From Pseudomonas aeruginosa (GTDB lineage: Bacteria; Pseudomonadota; Gammaproteobacteria; Pseudomonadales; Pseudomonadaceae), in assembly GCF_001457615.1 (NCBI RefSeq), contig NZ_LN831024.1, positions 1,320,001 through 1,352,000 on the forward strand: a stretch of 32,000 nt of DNA, given 5' to 3'. A model generated the notes under the pieces. That model ran no database searches and had not been told where the DNA came from. It worked only from the letters and a program-made list of their open reading frames with translations. Within the stretch, counting starts at the first letter, position 1. Each line of letters begins with the position of its first letter. Positions 16,743-24,506 of this stretch are shown here, piece by piece. The translations under genes were made by a program, and so were the position numbers.

Positions 16743-18416
16743 ATGCCCGAGGTACTGGATACCTACGACTACCTCATCGTTGGCGCCGGACCTGCCGGCT
16801 GCCTGCTGGCCAACCGGCTTTCCGCCGACCCTGCCAACCGTGTCCTGCTGCTGGAAGCCGGCGGCCCGGACAACTATCCCTGGATCCACATTCCCGTCGG
16901 CTACCTCTACTGCATCGGCAACCCGCGTACCGACTGGTGCTTCGACACCGACGAGGTCCCCGGGCTCAACGGTCGTTCCCTGAAGTACCCGCGCGGCAAG
17001 GTGCTCGGAGGATGCTCCTCGATCAATGGCATGATCTACATGCGTGGCCAGGCCCGCGACTACGACCAGTGGGTGGCCGAAGGCAATCCGGGCTGGAGCT
17101 GGAGAGAGCTGCTGCCGCTGTTCCGCAGGATGGAGGACCATTTCGCCGGGACCAGCGAAATGCACGGCGCCGGCGGCGAATGGCGGGTAGAACGCCAGCG
17201 GCTCTCCTGGAAGCTGCTCGATGCCTTCCAGCAGGCGGCGGCGCAGACCGGCATCGCCAGCGTCGAGGATTTCAACGGTGGCGACAACGAAGGCTGCGGC
17301 TACTTCCAGGTCAACCAGCGCGGCGGGGTGCGCTGGAATGCCTCGAAAGGCTTCCTGCGCGGCATCGCCCAGCGCGCCAACCTGACGGTTCTGACCCATG
17401 CCGAAGTCCAGCGAGTGCTCCTCGAGGACGGCCGCGCCAGGGCCCTGTCGGTCCGTTGGCAGGGCCGCGAGCAGCGCTTCGAGGCGCGCCGCGAGATCGT
17501 CCTGAGCGCCGGCGCGATCGGTTCGCCGTGCCTGCTGCAACGCTCCGGGATCGGCCCGCGGGACCTGCTGGAGCAGCTCGGCGCCGGGGTCGTCCACGAG
17601 TTGCCCGGGGTTGGTGGCAATCTCCAGGATCACCTGCAGCTGCGCATGATCTACAAGGTCGACGGCGTTCCCACCCTCAACCAGATCGCCGGCAGCCTAT
17701 GGGGCAAGCTGGGCATGGGCCTGCGCTACCTGGCGAGCCGCAGCGGGCCGTTGTCGATGGCGCCGAGCCAACTGGGCGCCTTCGCCCGCTCCGATCCGCA
17801 GCAGCCCTCGGCCAACCTCGAATACCATGTCCAGCCGCTCTCGCTGGATCGCTTCGGCGAGCCGCTGCATGCCTTCCCTGCGTTCACCGCGTCGGTCTGC
17901 GACCTGCGCCCGCACAGCCGGGGGACGGTGCGCATCCGCTCGCTCGACCCGGGCGAGGCGCCGTCGATCCAGCCCAACTACCTGAGCGATCCGCGCGACC
18001 TGAAGGTCGCCGCCGACGCCATACGCCTGACCCGCCGCATCGCCGCCGCACCGGCGCTGGCCGCCTTCCGTCCGCAGGAATACAAGCCCGGCCCGGAATA
18101 CCGCAGCGAAGAGGATCTGCAGCGCGCTGCGGCGGAGATCGGCACCACCATCTTCCACCCTGCCGGCACCTGCCGCATGGGCCAGGGGCCGCAAGCGGTG
18201 GTGGATGCGCAATTGAGGGTGCACGGAATCCCCGGCCTGCGCATCGCCGATGCCTCGATCATGCCCAGCCTGACCTCCGGCAACACCTGTTCGCCGGTGC
18301 TGGTGATCGCCGAGAAGGCGGCGCAGATGATTCTCGCCGAGCGCCGCCGCGAGGCCGCGCCGCAGGTCGTCGAAAGCGCCATGGCGGCCGGCGGCAAGGA
18401 GGCGGTGGAGGCCTGA
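16743..18416 (+). CDS. GMC-family FAD oxidoreductase (choline/alcohol dehydrogenase-like)
   Basis: 557 aa with YDYLIVGAGPAGCLLANRLS (GxGxxG), GMC signature GGCSSINGMIYMRG and C-terminal TIFHPAGTCRMG. Confidence 0.92.
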   Translation: MPEVLDTYDYLIVGAGPAGCLLANRLSADPANRVLLLEAGGPDNYPWIHIPVGYLYCIGNPRTDWCFDTDEVPGLNGRSLKYPRGKVLGGCSSINGMIYMRGQARDYDQWVAEGNPGWSWRELLPLFRRMEDHFAGTSEMHGAGGEWRVERQRLSWKLLDAFQQAAAQTGIASVEDFNGGDNEGCGYFQVNQRGGVRWNASKGFLRGIAQRANLTVLTHAEVQRVLLEDGRARALSVRWQGREQRFEARREIVLSAGAIGSPCLLQRSGIGPRDLLEQLGAGVVHELPGVGGNLQDHLQLRMIYKVDGVPTLNQIAGSLWGKLGMGLRYLASRSGPLSMAPSQLGAFARSDPQQPSANLEYHVQPLSLDRFGEPLHAFPAFTASVCDLRPHSRGTVRIRSLDPGEAPSIQPNYLSDPRDLKVAADAIRLTRRIAAAPALAAFRPQEYKPGPEYRSEEDLQRAAAEIGTTIFHPAGTCRMGQGPQAVVDAQLRVHGIPGLRIADASIMPSLTSGNTCSPVLVIAEKAAQMILAERRREAAPQVVESAMAAGGKEAVEA

Positions 18417-18524
18417 GGATCGCTACACCCCGTATCGCGTGGCGCCCGGCGCCGCAGCGGTCGACGCTGAAAACGGAAATGGCAGACAACAATAAGAGCC
18501 CCCACAAGGGGCGGGAGAGCCGCA

Positions 18525-20144
18525 ATGACCGAGTACGCAACGACCCCTTCCTACACAGTGCCTGCGACCACGCCCCAGGAGGAGCGCAAGGTGATCTTCG
18601 CCTCCTCGCTGGGCACGGTCTTCGAGTGGTACGACTTCTTCCTCTACGGCGCCCTGGCGGCGGTGATCAGCAAGCAGTTCTTCGCCGGCGTCAACGACAC
18701 CACGGCCTTCATCTTCGCCCTGATGGCCTTCGCCGCCGGCTTCCTGGTGCGGCCCTTCGGCGCGCTGGTGTTCGGCCGCCTGGGCGACATGATCGGGCGC
18801 AAGTACACCTTCCTGGTGACCATCCTGTTGATGGGGTTGTCGACCTTCGCTGTCGGCCTGCTGCCCACCTATGCCTCGATCGGGGTCGCCGCGCCGATCA
18901 TCCTGGTCACCTTGCGCATGCTCCAGGGCCTGGCCCTGGGCGGCGAGTACGGCGGCGCGGCGATCTATGTCGCCGAGCACGCCCCGGCGAACAAGCGCGG
19001 TAGCTACACCAGTTGGATCCAGTCCACCGCGACCCTCGGCCTGTTGCTCTCGCTGCTGGTGATCCTGGCCTGTCGCCAGTTGACCGGCGACGAGTTCGAG
19101 ACCTGGGGCTGGCGCCTGCCATTCCTGCTGTCCATCGTCCTGCTGGGCATCTCCACCTGGATCCGCCTGTCCATGCGCGAGTCGCCGGCGTTCCTCAAGA
19201 TGAAGGCCGAGGGCAAGGTCAGCAAGGCGCCGCTGCGCGAGTCCTTCACCCAGTGGGGCAACCTGAAGGTGGTGCTGACCGCGCTGTTCAGCATCAATGC
19301 CGGCCAGGCGGTGACCTTCTACACGGCGCAGTTCTACGTGCTGTTCTTCCTTACCCAGGTGCTCAAGGTCGATGGCGGCACCGCCAACGGTCTGCTGATC
19401 GTCGCCCTGGTGCTTGGCGCGCCGTTCTTCATCGTCGCCGGCTGGCTGTCCGACCGCATCGGCCGCAAGCCGGTGCTGCTGGCCGGACTGTTGCTCGCCA
19501 CGCTGTTCTACTTCCCGCTGTTCAAGGGCCTGACCCACTACGCCAACCCGGCCATCGACCAGGCCAGCCGGCAGTCGCCGATCAGCGTGGTGGCCGACCC
19601 GGCGACCTGCACTTTCCAGTTCGACCCGGTAGGCAAGGCGACCTTCGACAGCCCCTGCGACAAGGTCAAGACCTTCCTGGTCAAGGCCGGCCTGCCCTAC
19701 TCGACGGTGGCGGCGCCCGCCGGCAGCGACGTCAGGGTGCGGATCGGCGAGACCGAGATCGCCGGCTTCGACGCCGAAGCGATGGCGGCCGCGGTGAAGA
19801 CGGCAGGCTATCCGCAGCAGGCCGACGGCAGCCAGGTGAACAAGCCGATGGTGATCGCCATCATCTTCGCCCTGGTACTGATCTCCACCCTCTGCTACGG
19901 CCCGCTGGCGGCGCTGATGGTCGAACTGTTCCCGACCCGCATCCGCTATTCCTCGCTGTCCCTGCCGTACCACATCGGCAATGGCTGGTTCGGCGGCTTC
20001 CTGCCCACGGTCTCGTTCGCCCTGGTGGTGTACACCGGCGACATCTTCTACGGCCTCTGGTATCCGGTGCTGATCACCGGCGGTAGCCTGGTCTGCGCCT
20101 TGCTGTTCCTCCGCGAAACCCGCCATACCGACATCCACCGGTGA
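18525..20144 (+). CDS. MFS transporter of the metabolite:H+ symporter (MHS) type with a large extra loop domain
   Basis: 539 aa. N-terminus SSLGTVFEWYDFFLYG is typical of MHS. Motif A is FGRLGDMIGRK and its repeat is GWLSDRIGRK. It has 12 hydrophobic segments plus a hydrophilic insert at residues ~337-441. Confidence 0.88.
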   Translation: MTEYATTPSYTVPATTPQEERKVIFASSLGTVFEWYDFFLYGALAAVISKQFFAGVNDTTAFIFALMAFAAGFLVRPFGALVFGRLGDMIGRKYTFLVTILLMGLSTFAVGLLPTYASIGVAAPIILVTLRMLQGLALGGEYGGAAIYVAEHAPANKRGSYTSWIQSTATLGLLLSLLVILACRQLTGDEFETWGWRLPFLLSIVLLGISTWIRLSMRESPAFLKMKAEGKVSKAPLRESFTQWGNLKVVLTALFSINAGQAVTFYTAQFYVLFFLTQVLKVDGGTANGLLIVALVLGAPFFIVAGWLSDRIGRKPVLLAGLLLATLFYFPLFKGLTHYANPAIDQASRQSPISVVADPATCTFQFDPVGKATFDSPCDKVKTFLVKAGLPYSTVAAPAGSDVRVRIGETEIAGFDAEAMAAAVKTAGYPQQADGSQVNKPMVIAIIFALVLISTLCYGPLAALMVELFPTRIRYSSLSLPYHIGNGWFGGFLPTVSFALVVYTGDIFYGLWYPVLITGGSLVCALLFLRETRHTDIHR

Positions 20145-20148
20145 AATC

Positions 20149-20179
20149 GCGCCCCGTTCCCGGCATGGGGACGGGGCGC
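20149..20179 (+). terminator. Stem-loop downstream of the MHS transporter gene (candidate terminator, no U tract)
   Basis: GCGCCCCGTTCCC-GGCAT-GGGGACGGGGCGC forms a 13-bp stem with one mismatch, starting 5 nt after the stop. Confidence 0.4.
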
Positions 20180-20410
20180 ACATTCCCTCCGTGATGAGCC
20201 TGTCTTCTCAGAAAAGTCTGGCTTGCCAGTTTTCTTTCTTTGTCTTTCTGCCACACTTCTGGCGTCAAAAAACGCCTTTCCAGCGCCTACAATAGCGGGA
20301 AAACCCTATGGCGCTGCTTGCCGGTGCCGGGGACGGCCTATACAGTCCGCGCGATTGACGGGCCGTTGTGGCGGCAGGAACGAATCCGGACTCGAGTCTT
20401 GGGGAAAAAT

Positions 20411-22039
20411 GTGAAGAACTGGACTGTTCGCCAGCGAATCCTGGCAAGTTTCGCCGTGATCATCGCGATCATGCTGCTGATGGCCGCTACTGCGTACGTG
20501 AAGATGTTGACGGTGGAAAAGGGCGCCTACCGTGTCCAGGACGACGCCATGCCGGGGATGTACTTCATCACGCTGGTACGCAGTTCGTGGACCGACAACT
20601 ACTTGCAGACCCAGGAACTGTTCGGCATCACCGACGACCACGAGCTGAGCAAGGCCGAGGCCGACAGTATCCTCGCCAGCGAGGAGCGCCTGGACCAGCA
20701 GATCGCCTCCTACCAGAAGACCATGAACCCGGACGAGGCCCGCGACCACGAGTTGCTCGCCGGTTTCCAGGCCGTGCGCAAGAACTACCTGGAGCAGCAC
20801 GACAAGGTGCTCGAGCTTTACCGCGAGAAGCGCTTCGAGGAAGCCGGCAAGCTCGTCGCCGGCCCGTTGACCGAGCACTGGCGCGAGGGCCGCAAGTACC
20901 TCAACGAGATGATCGAGCTGAACAAGGACATCGCCGACCGCGCCTCGGACAACATCGTAAACGCGGTGGACGATGCCGAACTGAGCATGCTGGTGACCCT
21001 GCTGCTGGCGGTGGTGGTAGCCGGCATCTGCGGGTTCCTGCTGTTGCGGGCGATCACCCAGCCGATCCAGAAGATCGTCCGCAGCCTCGACCTGATGGCC
21101 GGTGGCGACCTCACCGCACGCCTGAACCTCGGCCGGCGTGACGAATTCGGCGCCATCGAGACCGGTTTCAACGGCATGGCCGAAGAGCTCAAGGGCCTGG
21201 TGTCGCAGGCCCAGCGTTCTTCGGTGCAGGTCACCACCTCGGTCACCGAGATCGCCGCGACCTCCAAGCAGCAGCAGGCCACCGCCACCGAAACCGCCGC
21301 GACCACCACGGAGATCGGCGCCACTTCTCGCGAGATCGCCGCCACCTCGCGCGACCTGGTGCGGACCATGAGCGAAGTCTCCGGCGCCGCCGAGCAGACT
21401 TCGACCCTGGCCGGTTCCGGCCAGTTGGGCCTGGCGCGCATGGAGGAAACCATGCACCACGTGATGGGTGCGGCCGACCTGGTCAACGCCAAGCTGGCGA
21501 TCCTCAACGAGAAGGCCGGCAACATCAACCAGGTGGTCACCACCATCGTCAAGGTCGCCGACCAGACCAACCTGCTCTCGCTGAACGCCGCCATCGAGGC
21601 GGAGAAAGCCGGCGAGTACGGCCGCGGGTTCGCCGTGGTGGCCACCGAGGTGCGCCGGCTGGCGGACCAGACCGCGGTCGCCACCTACGACATCGAGCAG
21701 ATGGTGCGCGAGATCCAGTCGGCGGTATCGGCCGGGGTGATGGGCATGGACAAGTTCTCCGAGGAGGTCCGCCGCGGTATCGCCGAGGTCGGCCAGGTCG
21801 GCGAGCAACTGTCGCAGATCATCCAGCAGGTGCAGGCGCTGGCGCCGCGGGTGCAGATGGTCAACGAGGGTATGCAGGCCCAGGCTACCGGTGCCGAGCA
21901 GATCAACCAGGCGCTGGTGCAACTGGGCGAGGCCACCGGGCAGACCGTGGAGTCGCTGCGCCAGGCCAGCTTCGCCATCGATGAGCTGAACCTGGTGGCG
22001 AACGGGCTGCGCAACGGCGTATCCCGCTTCAAAGTCTGA
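20411..22039 (+). CDS. wspA: Methyl-accepting chemotaxis-like receptor WspA
   Basis: 542 aa from GTG 20411 (GGGGA upstream). It has two TM segments, a HAMP domain and the conserved MCP signalling tip [40 protein letters not shown]. The track ORF from 20240 is over-extended. Confidence 0.93.
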   Translation: MKNWTVRQRILASFAVIIAIMLLMAATAYVKMLTVEKGAYRVQDDAMPGMYFITLVRSSWTDNYLQTQELFGITDDHELSKAEADSILASEERLDQQIASYQKTMNPDEARDHELLAGFQAVRKNYLEQHDKVLELYREKRFEEAGKLVAGPLTEHWREGRKYLNEMIELNKDIADRASDNIVNAVDDAELSMLVTLLLAVVVAGICGFLLLRAITQPIQKIVRSLDLMAGGDLTARLNLGRRDEFGAIETGFNGMAEELKGLVSQAQRSSVQVTTSVTEIAATSKQQQATATETAATTTEIGATSREIAATSRDLVRTMSEVSGAAEQTSTLAGSGQLGLARMEETMHHVMGAADLVNAKLAILNEKAGNINQVVTTIVKVADQTNLLSLNAAIEAEKAGEYGRGFAVVATEVRRLADQTAVATYDIEQMVREIQSAVSAGVMGMDKFSEEVRRGIAEVGQVGEQLSQIIQQVQALAPRVQMVNEGMQAQATGAEQINQALVQLGEATGQTVESLRQASFAIDELNLVANGLRNGVSRFKV

Positions 22040-22043
22040 GGCT

Positions 22044-22559
22044 GTGACCGTGTCCCGCTCCACCGGCGATCATCGACGCACCAGCAAGCTGTTCCTGCTG
22101 TTCCGCATGGAAGGCGACCGCTATGCCCTGGATGCCCGCGAAGTGGTCGAAGTGCTGCCGCTGCTGCGCCTGAAGCGCATTCCGGAGGCGCCGGAATGGG
22201 TCGCCGGGGTGTTCTCCCATCGCGGCGTCCTGGTCCCGGTGCTCGACCTCTGCGCAATGGCCTTCGGCCGCGCGGCGCTGGCCCGCACCAGCACGCGCAT
22301 CGTGCTGGTCGAATACCGCGCCCGCCAGGACCGGGAGCCGGTCTGGCTCGGACTGATCCTCGAACAGGCCACCGATACCCTGCGCTGCGAACCGTCGGCG
22401 TTCCGCGACTATGGCCTGGACAACGGCGGGGCCCGCTATCTCGGTCCGGTCTATGAAGGACCACGGGGACTGGTGCAATGGGTGCGGGTCGAGGCATTGC
22501 TGCCCGACGAAGTGCGCGCCCTGCTGTTCCCGCCGGAGTGCGGCGAGGGGACGGCATGA
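22044..22559 (+). CDS. wspB: CheW-like scaffold protein WspB
   Basis: CheW-like domain (LFLLFRMEGDRYALDAREVVEVLP...). The start is uncertain: GTG 22044 per the track, or GTG 22050, which has better spacing from GAGG at 22038-22041. The stop overlaps the wspC ATG (ATGA). Confidence 0.85.
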   Translation: MTVSRSTGDHRRTSKLFLLFRMEGDRYALDAREVVEVLPLLRLKRIPEAPEWVAGVFSHRGVLVPVLDLCAMAFGRAALARTSTRIVLVEYRARQDREPVWLGLILEQATDTLRCEPSAFRDYGLDNGGARYLGPVYEGPRGLVQWVRVEALLPDEVRALLFPPECGEGTA

Positions 22560-23824
22560 ACGATCGCTTCGAACGCCTGCTCAAGAGCAGGATCGGCCTG
22601 GATGCCAGCTCGGTGGGCAGCGCGGTGATCGAGCGCGCGGTACGCCAGCGCATGAGCGGCCTCGCGCTGCACGACGAGGACGAATACTGGATGCGCCTGA
22701 ACGGCTCGCCGGGCGAGGTGCAGGCGCTGATCGAAGCGGTGGTGGTGCCGGAGACCTGGTTCTTCCGCTACCCGGAGTCGTTCACCACCCTCGCCAGGCT
22801 GGCCTTCGAGCGCCTGCCGAGCCTGGGCGGCGGACGCGCGCTAAGGATCCTCAGCCTGCCCTGTTCCACCGGCGAGGAGCCGTATTCCATCGTCATGGCC
22901 TTGCTCGATGCCGGGCTCTCCGAGTACCTGTTCGAGGTCGACGCCCTCGACGTCAGCGCTCGGGTGATCGAGCGCGCCAGCCTCGGGGTGTACGGCAGGA
23001 ATTCCTTTCGCGGCGATGAACTGGGGTTTCGCGACCGCCATTTCAGCGAGGTTGCCGATGGCTACCAGTTGGCCGAGCAGGTTCGCCGCAAGGTGCGCTT
23101 CCGCTGCGGCAATTTGCTCGATCCCGGGCTACTGGCGGGCGAGGCACCCTACGATTTCGTGTTCTGTCGCAACCTGCTGATCTATTTCGACCGCCCGACC
23201 CAGAGCGAGGTGGTCGAGGTGCTCAAGCGCCTGTTGCGGCCGGACGGCGCGATGTTCATCGGACCAGCCGAGGCGAGCCTGCTCAGCCAGCATGGCATGC
23301 AGCCGATCGGCGTGCCGCTGTCTTTCGTGTTCCGCCGGACCAGCGAGGCGCCCCGCGGCGCGCGGCCCAAAGCGGTGAGCGACGGAGCGCGCCCGGTCGT
23401 TGCCGCCGCCGTGGAGCGTGCGAGTATTCGGCCTTCGCCGCCGCCACCGGCGAAACCGCGCCAGCGGCTGTCCAGCCTGGTTCCGCCAGCCAGCGGCCAG
23501 CCCCTCGCCAGTCCCGTCGGCGAATTCGACGAAATCGCCCGCCTGGCGGATGCCGGCCAGCACCGCGAGGCGCGCGCCGCCTGCGAGCGCCAACTGGCCG
23601 CGCGTGGGCCGTCGGCCACGGTCTTCTACTGGCTCGGGCTGCTCAGCGATGTCGCCGGGCAGGAGCAGGAAGCCCAGGATTTCTACCGCAAGGCCCTGTA
23701 CCTGGAGCCGCAGCACGCCGAGGCGCTGGCGCACCTGGCGGCGCTGCTCGCCGCTCGCGGCGACCATGCCGGCGCCCGGCGCCTGCAGCAACGTGCGGCC
23801 CGTGGAGTGAACAAAGATGGTTGA
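22556..23824 (+). CDS. wspC: CheR-type MCP methyltransferase WspC with C-terminal TPR region
   Basis: 422 aa from ATG 22556. It has a CheR N-domain, SAM-binding RILSLPCSTGEEPYSI and NLLIYFD, a Pro/Ala-rich linker, then TPR-like repeats (FYWLGLLSDVAGQEQEAQDFYRKALYLEPQHAEAL). Confidence 0.9.
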   Translation: MNDRFERLLKSRIGLDASSVGSAVIERAVRQRMSGLALHDEDEYWMRLNGSPGEVQALIEAVVVPETWFFRYPESFTTLARLAFERLPSLGGGRALRILSLPCSTGEEPYSIVMALLDAGLSEYLFEVDALDVSARVIERASLGVYGRNSFRGDELGFRDRHFSEVADGYQLAEQVRRKVRFRCGNLLDPGLLAGEAPYDFVFCRNLLIYFDRPTQSEVVEVLKRLLRPDGAMFIGPAEASLLSQHGMQPIGVPLSFVFRRTSEAPRGARPKAVSDGARPVVAAAVERASIRPSPPPPAKPRQRLSSLVPPASGQPLASPVGEFDEIARLADAGQHREARAACERQLAARGPSATVFYWLGLLSDVAGQEQEAQDFYRKALYLEPQHAEALAHLAALLAARGDHAGARRLQQRAARGVNKDG

Positions 23825-24506
23825 GGCGAGCCTGACCTTGCTCGATACCCAACAGGTGGATGACTGCTGGAACCGCATCGGCGTGCATGGCGACAAGTCC
23901 TGCGAACGCCTGGCCGAGCATGTCCATTGCCGCAACTGCGAGGTTTACGCTGCCGCGGCGACCTACTTGCTGGACCGCATCGCCCTGCGCCAGGACCAGC
24001 TCGACAGCGCCGAAACGATGGACAGCCAGCGCGAACAGAGCGACCTCGGCGAGACGCGTTCGATCCTGGTGTTCCGCCTGGGCGAAGAGTGGTTCGGCCT
24101 GGCCACCGGCAGCCTGGTGGAAGTGGCGCCGATGAATCCTATCCATTCCCTGCCGCACCAGCGCTCGCGCGCCCTGCAAGGGGTGACCAACGTGCGCGGC
24201 GCGCTGGTCGCCTGCCTTTCCCTCGGCGAACTGCTGGATCTCGAACCCGGCGCCGCGCCGGTCAGCGAGCGACGGGTAGTTCCGCGCATGCTGATCATTT
24301 CCGCCGCCGGCGGTCCGGTGGTGGCGCCGGTGGAGGAAGTCGACGGCATCCATGCGATTCCGCTGGCGCGGATACTGCCGCCCAACCACGCCGACGGCCA
24401 GGCCTCGCGCCGGCACGTGGCCGGCGTGCTGCAATGGCGCGAGCGGAGCATCACCCTGCTCGACGAAGGCCCTCTCCTGCAAGCCGTAGCGCGGAGCCTG
24501 GCATGA
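23817..24506 (+). CDS. wspD: CheW-like protein WspD with an N-terminal Cys-rich extension
   Basis: 229 aa. The ATG overlaps the wspC end by 8 nt. It has a CheW-like body (ILVFRLGEEWFGLATGSLVEV...) and the stop overlaps the wspE ATG (ATGA). Confidence 0.9.
   Translation: MVEASLTLLDTQQVDDCWNRIGVHGDKSCERLAEHVHCRNCEVYAAAATYLLDRIALRQDQLDSAETMDSQREQSDLGETRSILVFRLGEEWFGLATGSLVEVAPMNPIHSLPHQRSRALQGVTNVRGALVACLSLGELLDLEPGAAPVSERRVVPRMLIISAAGGPVVAPVEEVDGIHAIPLARILPPNHADGQASRRHVAGVLQWRERSITLLDEGPLLQAVARSLA

Noticed and set aside
16685-19003. 772-aa plus-strand ORF spanning the GMC oxidoreductase and the start of the MHS transporter. Similar out-of-frame ORFs occur at 365-2035 and 19013-20086.
   Set aside because: It is out of frame with two recognisable genes. 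The translation is Arg/Pro/Gly-rich nonsense, and it crosses an intergenic region.
21138-21371. Repetitive-looking Ser/Pro/Arg-rich small ORFs and the periodic ATS/TTE codon pattern inside wspA (about 21230-21360)
   Set aside because: The periodicity reflects the heptad-repeat coiled coil of the MCP signalling domain ([37 protein letters not shown]). It is not a DNA tandem repeat or a separate gene.
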